A stretch of DNA of 64,000 bases from Chiloscyllium plagiosum (Eukaryota), in contig NC_057718.1 of NCBI RefSeq assembly GCF_004010195.1, positions 88,988,229 to 89,052,228 on the forward strand, written 5' to 3'. Below are positions 59,345-64,000 of this stretch, piece by piece. The notes below the pieces were generated by a model that was not told where the DNA came from, ran no database searches, and saw only the letters and a program-made list of their open reading frames with translations. The first letter of the stretch is position 1. Every line of letters begins with the position of its first letter. A program made the position numbers and the translations under genes.

Positions 59345-59892
59345 GGTAAAGGTTTGTAGCTCGGGTGCCCGTTGCCATGGTTGTGGGTATGTTCACCGAG
59401 CTGGGAAGTTGATTTGCAAATGTTTCATCCCTCATCTAGGTGACATCCTCAGTGCTTTGAAGCCTCCTGTGAAGCGCTGCTGTACTGTGTCTTATGGAAT
59501 TTACTTGGTTCCATTTCTGCCGCTTCCAGTTGCCGGTTCTAGTTGTAGTGGCCGGTATATTGGGGCTAGGTCAATGTGTTCGTTGATGGAGTCCATCGAT
59601 GAGTGCCATGCTTCTAGGAATTCTCTGGCTGTTCTCTGTTTGGCTTGACCTATGATCATTGTGTTGTCCCAATGGAATTTGTGGTCCTTGTCATCTGTGT
59701 GTATGACTACTAGGGACAGCTGGTCATGGCGTTTAGTAGCTAGTTGGTGTTTGTGGATGTGGATTGCTAGTTGTCAGCTTGTTGGTCCTACATAAGTGCA
59801 GTCTTTGCATGGAATCCTGTAAATTACATTCACATGATGGGTGTAGGGCCTTTCGTCCTGCTGAGTTGTTGTCTGAGCGCGGCTGTCAGTTT
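59345..59892 (-). mobile_element. Penelope 3' fragment with GIY-YIG domain and pLTR
   Basis: Minus strand encodes NVIYRIPCKDC.YVG..HQLATKRHDQLSLV..WDNTMIIGQAKQRTAREFLEAWHS; pLTR homologous to 16600-16709 and 15241-15351. Confidence 0.88.
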
Positions 59893-60514
59893 ATGGGCTC
59901 TCGTGTGGTCGGAGAACTTAGGAATTAGTCACAAAGCTGCAGAAAAGGAGGAATTTACACACATAAAGAGCTCAATGTGGTACAAGGAATCTCCACTCAG
60001 AAAGATAACCAAGGCATTCATTTGCAAAGTAGGAGATCCCAACAATCTGGGTTGTATTGAACTTTTAGTGAACACCCTGTTAAAATTTAAACTTCATACC
60101 ATTGCCAACCATGCAGTACTATTAGACTAAGTTACCTTGACTGGAAAGACAGATCTGCAAAAATGATCTATTGCAAAAATGTGGAATGACAGTCAGAAGC
60201 GGAGGAACATCACAGCTTACATTATGACATAATACAGATAAGAACGTTAAACATGTCAATGTTGATTGCAACCAATATTATTCACTTTTGAGCCTGTCAC
60301 CCCTCTCGTGACTTCAAACTTCCTTAGAGGTGGAGAAAGGGTTTGACCACCTCCCCGTGAAAAACAGGTCCAAAAACAAACTGTTATCGACTGTCCGATC
60401 AACGGCAACTAGGAGAAATGTATTCAGGCTTCTGAGGTCCATGGTGGAACCCAAAAAGAAGAAAGAGCCTGTTGAGGTTTCCTACCGAGATATTAAAGAA
60501 ATGACCATCAGACC

Positions 60515-60888
60515 GTAAATATAGGAGCAGAATTAGGCCATTGGATAGTTGAGTCTGTTCCATCATTCAATCATGGCTGATATGTTTCCGAAACTTATTC
60601 TCCCTACTTATTCCCTTTAAATTCTCCATTCCCTTACTAATCAAGAACCTATCTATCTCTGTTTTAATTACATTCAAAAACTTGGCCTCCACAGCCCTCT
60701 GCGGAAATGAGTTCTACAGATTAAGCACCCTCTGGCTGAAGAAATTCCTCTTCATCTCAGTTCTAAAGGGTCGTCCCGTCCCTCTGAGGCTGTGCCCCGG
60801 ATCCTAGTCTCCCCTACTCTTGGAAGTGGGAACATCTTCCCATGTCCACTCTATCCAGGCCTCTCAGTATTCTGTAAGTTTCAATGAG
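60515..60888 (-). mobile_element. CR1 3' fragment
   Basis: ataggagcagaattaggccatt..gaagaaattcctcttcatctcag. Confidence 0.8.
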
Positions 60889-60889
60889 A

Positions 60890-61214
60890 CTAATCCACAG
60901 ACCCCAGGTAATGTTCTGGGACCTTGGATTCAAATCCTGTCACAGCAGCTGGTGGAATTTGAATTCAATAAAAATCTGGAAGTAAGGTTCTAATGATGAC
61001 CATGAATCCATTCGTAATGTTTGGAAAAACCCATCTGGTTCACTAAGGTCCTTTAGGGAAGGAAACTGCCATCCTTACCCTGGTCTGGCCTACATGTGAC
61101 TCCAGACCCACAGCAATATGGTTGACTCTTAAATGCCCTCTGGGTAACTGGGGATGAGCAATAAATACTGGCCCTGGCCAGTGGCGTCCTCATCCTATGA
61201 ATGAATTTTTTAAA
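60890..61214 (+). mobile_element. Second SINE-like family copy
   Basis: B-box-like gattcaaatcc; homologous to 9005-9520. Confidence 0.65.
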
Positions 61215-61436
61215 AACTCAGAAAATATTAGGTGTCTAGCCAAGGCTCAGTTAGTGGTATGATGGGCAGAGATTTCAGAAGAGCTTGAAGATGTCAGGTC
61301 CAGAAAATACTGCTGTCAATACCAAAGGCAGGTCAGAAGCAAAAACCCAACAGACTTGTGAGAAGAAGAATGTGTAGCACAGCCCACGCAGGAATCTTGC
61401 ATTGGTCATCGTCAGCCAACAGAACAGTCAATGCTA

Positions 61437-61730
61437 TGGAATCTCTACAGTGTGGAAGCAGGCCATTTGACCCATCGTGTCTGCACTGACTGGCCAAAGA
61501 AAATCCCAACCTTATCTCCTGTAATCCTGCATTTACTAATCCACCTATTACACATCCCTGAACACTATGGGCAATTTAGCCTGGCCAATCCATCTGATGT
61601 GCACATCTTTGGATTGTGGGAGGAAACTGGAGCACCGGGAAGAAACCCATGCAGACACGGGGTGGATTCAAACCCGGGTCGCTGGCGCTGTGAGGCAGCA
61701 GTGCTAACCACTGAGCCACCTGTGCCGCCC
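61437..61730 (-). mobile_element. HE1-like SINE
   Basis: Ends gcagtgctaaccactgagccacctgtgccgccc. Confidence 0.88.
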
Positions 61731-63121
61731 ATGGATAGAGATAATGCTAAATGAGCAGCCATCTTTCAGTAATGAAACTTACAATCTGATCAAGTCTTCT
61801 TTACCAGTCAACCACCAAGAGTGACGAAAGACTTCCTGCCTGATCAACAATCCGAGAGAGATAACCTCCATTTGATTCCATCAGAATGACTGTAATCCCC
61901 ACAGCCCCTGACATAGTCAAGGAGAACAAAACCCCTGGTCTAGGCATATTCGGGATGCTGAGAAAAGCAATTAAAAAGTCACTGGTTGATCCATGAATCC
62001 AAATATCAAAATGTTTCCGGAATGTTAGCAGGAAGGGAAGTGTGGATTATGAGAAAAATGTGATATCTCTAGGCCACCTGCATTTGACCAGACACTTAGA
62101 GATGAGGCTGTGGTAAATGTAAAAAGTTATATTCATGATTATATACAGGGTTAATTAGTGGGGGAATACTTGGGGAAAGTTGTTGCATTAGGTAATGGTT
62201 CCAAAGAAGTTAATATTCATATTACACTGGCTCCACCCATTCTACTGATGTCACACACCGTATGTGGGTCAAGGCAAGGAGTTCTATTCTGGCTTTTAGA
62301 AGGAGCCGAAATATCAGTGGTAGCTCCCTAAGGTCCAGATTACACCTGATCAAATATTGCAGTACTTATTGTTGTTGTGTAATAAACCTCCTTGTTATCT
62401 CAGAACAATGCCTCATATGTAGCTAACTCGCAGTGGTATCTATATCCTCTACCACTATTCACTAGACAGACCTAAAACAAAGCAACGAGAAAGGAGGATT
62501 GGGGACAGCGAACTACCTCAAATAACCCTTACCCAGTAGCACATAATAGAGTTGGCAAATCCCAGCTGGGGAAAGAAACGCATTGGCAGTCCTTGCTCAT
62601 GCTTGACTGGATGACCTGAGACTTCATGGAGGCCAGAGTAAATGTAGAGGACTCCCAGGGCCACTCCCTCCTGACTGTGTAACACTGTCCTATGACCTGC
62701 TGATCTGACAGGGCATATCAACAGGATGATGACGTTAGTTGAGAGACATGATTCTGTGAATATGAGTGCATCAGTTACTGTTCATTGACTTGTCAGTGGG
62801 ACAACTTTTTGAATTGTGATGACAGCCCCTTGATGTTAGTGATTTTTGTTTTCATTCATTCAGAGGATACGGGTCTTGCTGGGCTGGGCCAGCATTTAAA
62901 TCTAAACTTCAATCTAAATCTAGATTTAGGTTTTATTGTTACGTGTACTCAAATACGAGGTACAACAGTACAGTTGAAAGTGTACAATGCCACCACACAC
63001 AAAGTACCCCGGAATAAAATCTTAGCCTACACTAATAGGAAAATAAAGAAATAAATGAATCAGTTCAGCACTACAGTCTTAGCATCAAAGTAGAAAAATC
63101 AATAAATTAAAAATGTTAAAC

Positions 63122-63476
63122 AATCATGAGGGACATGGATGGGGTAAATAGACAAGGTCTTTTCCCTGGGGTGGGAGTGTCCAGAATTAGAGGGCATAGG
63201 TTTAGGGTGGGAGGGAAAGATTTAAAAGGGACCTAAGGGGCAACTTTTTCGCACAGAGGGTGGTACGTGTATGGAATGAGCTGCCAGAAGAAGTGCTGGA
63301 GGCTGGTACAATTACAACATTTAAAAGGCATCTGGATGGGTATATGAATAGGAAGGGTTTGGAGGGATATGGGCCAAGTGCTGGCAAATGGGACTAGATT
63401 GGATTGGGATATCTGGTCGGCATGGACGGGTCAGACCGAAGGGTCTCTTTCTGTGCTGTATGTCTCTATGACTCTA
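63122..63476 (+). mobile_element. CR1/HER1 LINE 3' fragment
   Basis: aaaagggacctaaggggcaactttttcgcacagagggtgg; tail ctctatgactcta. Confidence 0.92.
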
Positions 63477-64000
63477 TTACAGTGCTTTCTTAAGCCATGG
63501 ACCTCCAGACACTCCAAGCTGGGCTTTCTCCAGGAGGGTTCACTCTCCCCCAACACTGCCCATGCTCCATCGCTGCCTTTACCTCACACACCCTCTGAAA
63601 GTTAAGTAAGAAACACAAAAAAACTAAAAAGAGAGCTGAGAAAAGAAGGAAAAAAGCAGAAAGAAGAAGGGAAAGCGGGCCGAATGGATGAGATTTGGGC
63701 TTGAGACCCTGGATGCTGCATTTATTCCCTACCCCTGGTTGAGCTTGAGAGAGTGGCGCTGTGATGCCTTCTCAAACCACTGCAGTCAATCAGGTGGACT
63801 CACAATGCTATTAGGCAAGGAGCCCAGGCATTTTGATCCCGCCACAGTGAAGGAAAGATGATATATCTCCAAGTCAAGACGGTGAGTGGCTCGGAGGTGA
63901 ACTTTCACGCAATGCTGTTCCAACGTATCTACCATCTTTTCCGTTCTAGATGTTTTTGACTGTGGGTTTGGAAGGTGTTGTCCGAGGACTCTGGGTGAAC

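Noticed and set aside
62109..62431. Solo LTR (TGT..GCA with AATAAA)
   Set aside because: TSD not convincing and no second copy in the window.

Overview
Repeat-rich vertebrate genomic DNA, most likely a shark (inferred from HE1-type SINEs, HER1/CR1 LINEs and Deu-domain SINEs; species not determinable). One confident host exon is present and is missed by the ORF track: a 117-nt + strand exon (44814-44930) encoding [39 protein letters not shown], the second zinc finger of estrogen receptor alpha (ESR1). The rest of the window is therefore probably two large ESR1 introns. They contain CR1 and other LINE fragments, SINEs, a decayed Gypsy element with its 3' LTR, Tigger-like MITEs, a decayed Harbinger-type Myb/SANT gene, a 20-bp minisatellite, two old degenerate tandem arrays and two N gaps. 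The most notable signal is roughly 18 Penelope-like element (PLE) pieces from at least five families. Many are 140-240 bp palindromic inserts with 11-15 bp target-site duplications that carry minimal hammerhead ribozyme motifs, including a U3-A8 compensatory core variant. Repeat boundaries were read by eye and are approximate unless a TSD or splice site is quoted; family names come from recalled consensus sequences, not from a search.
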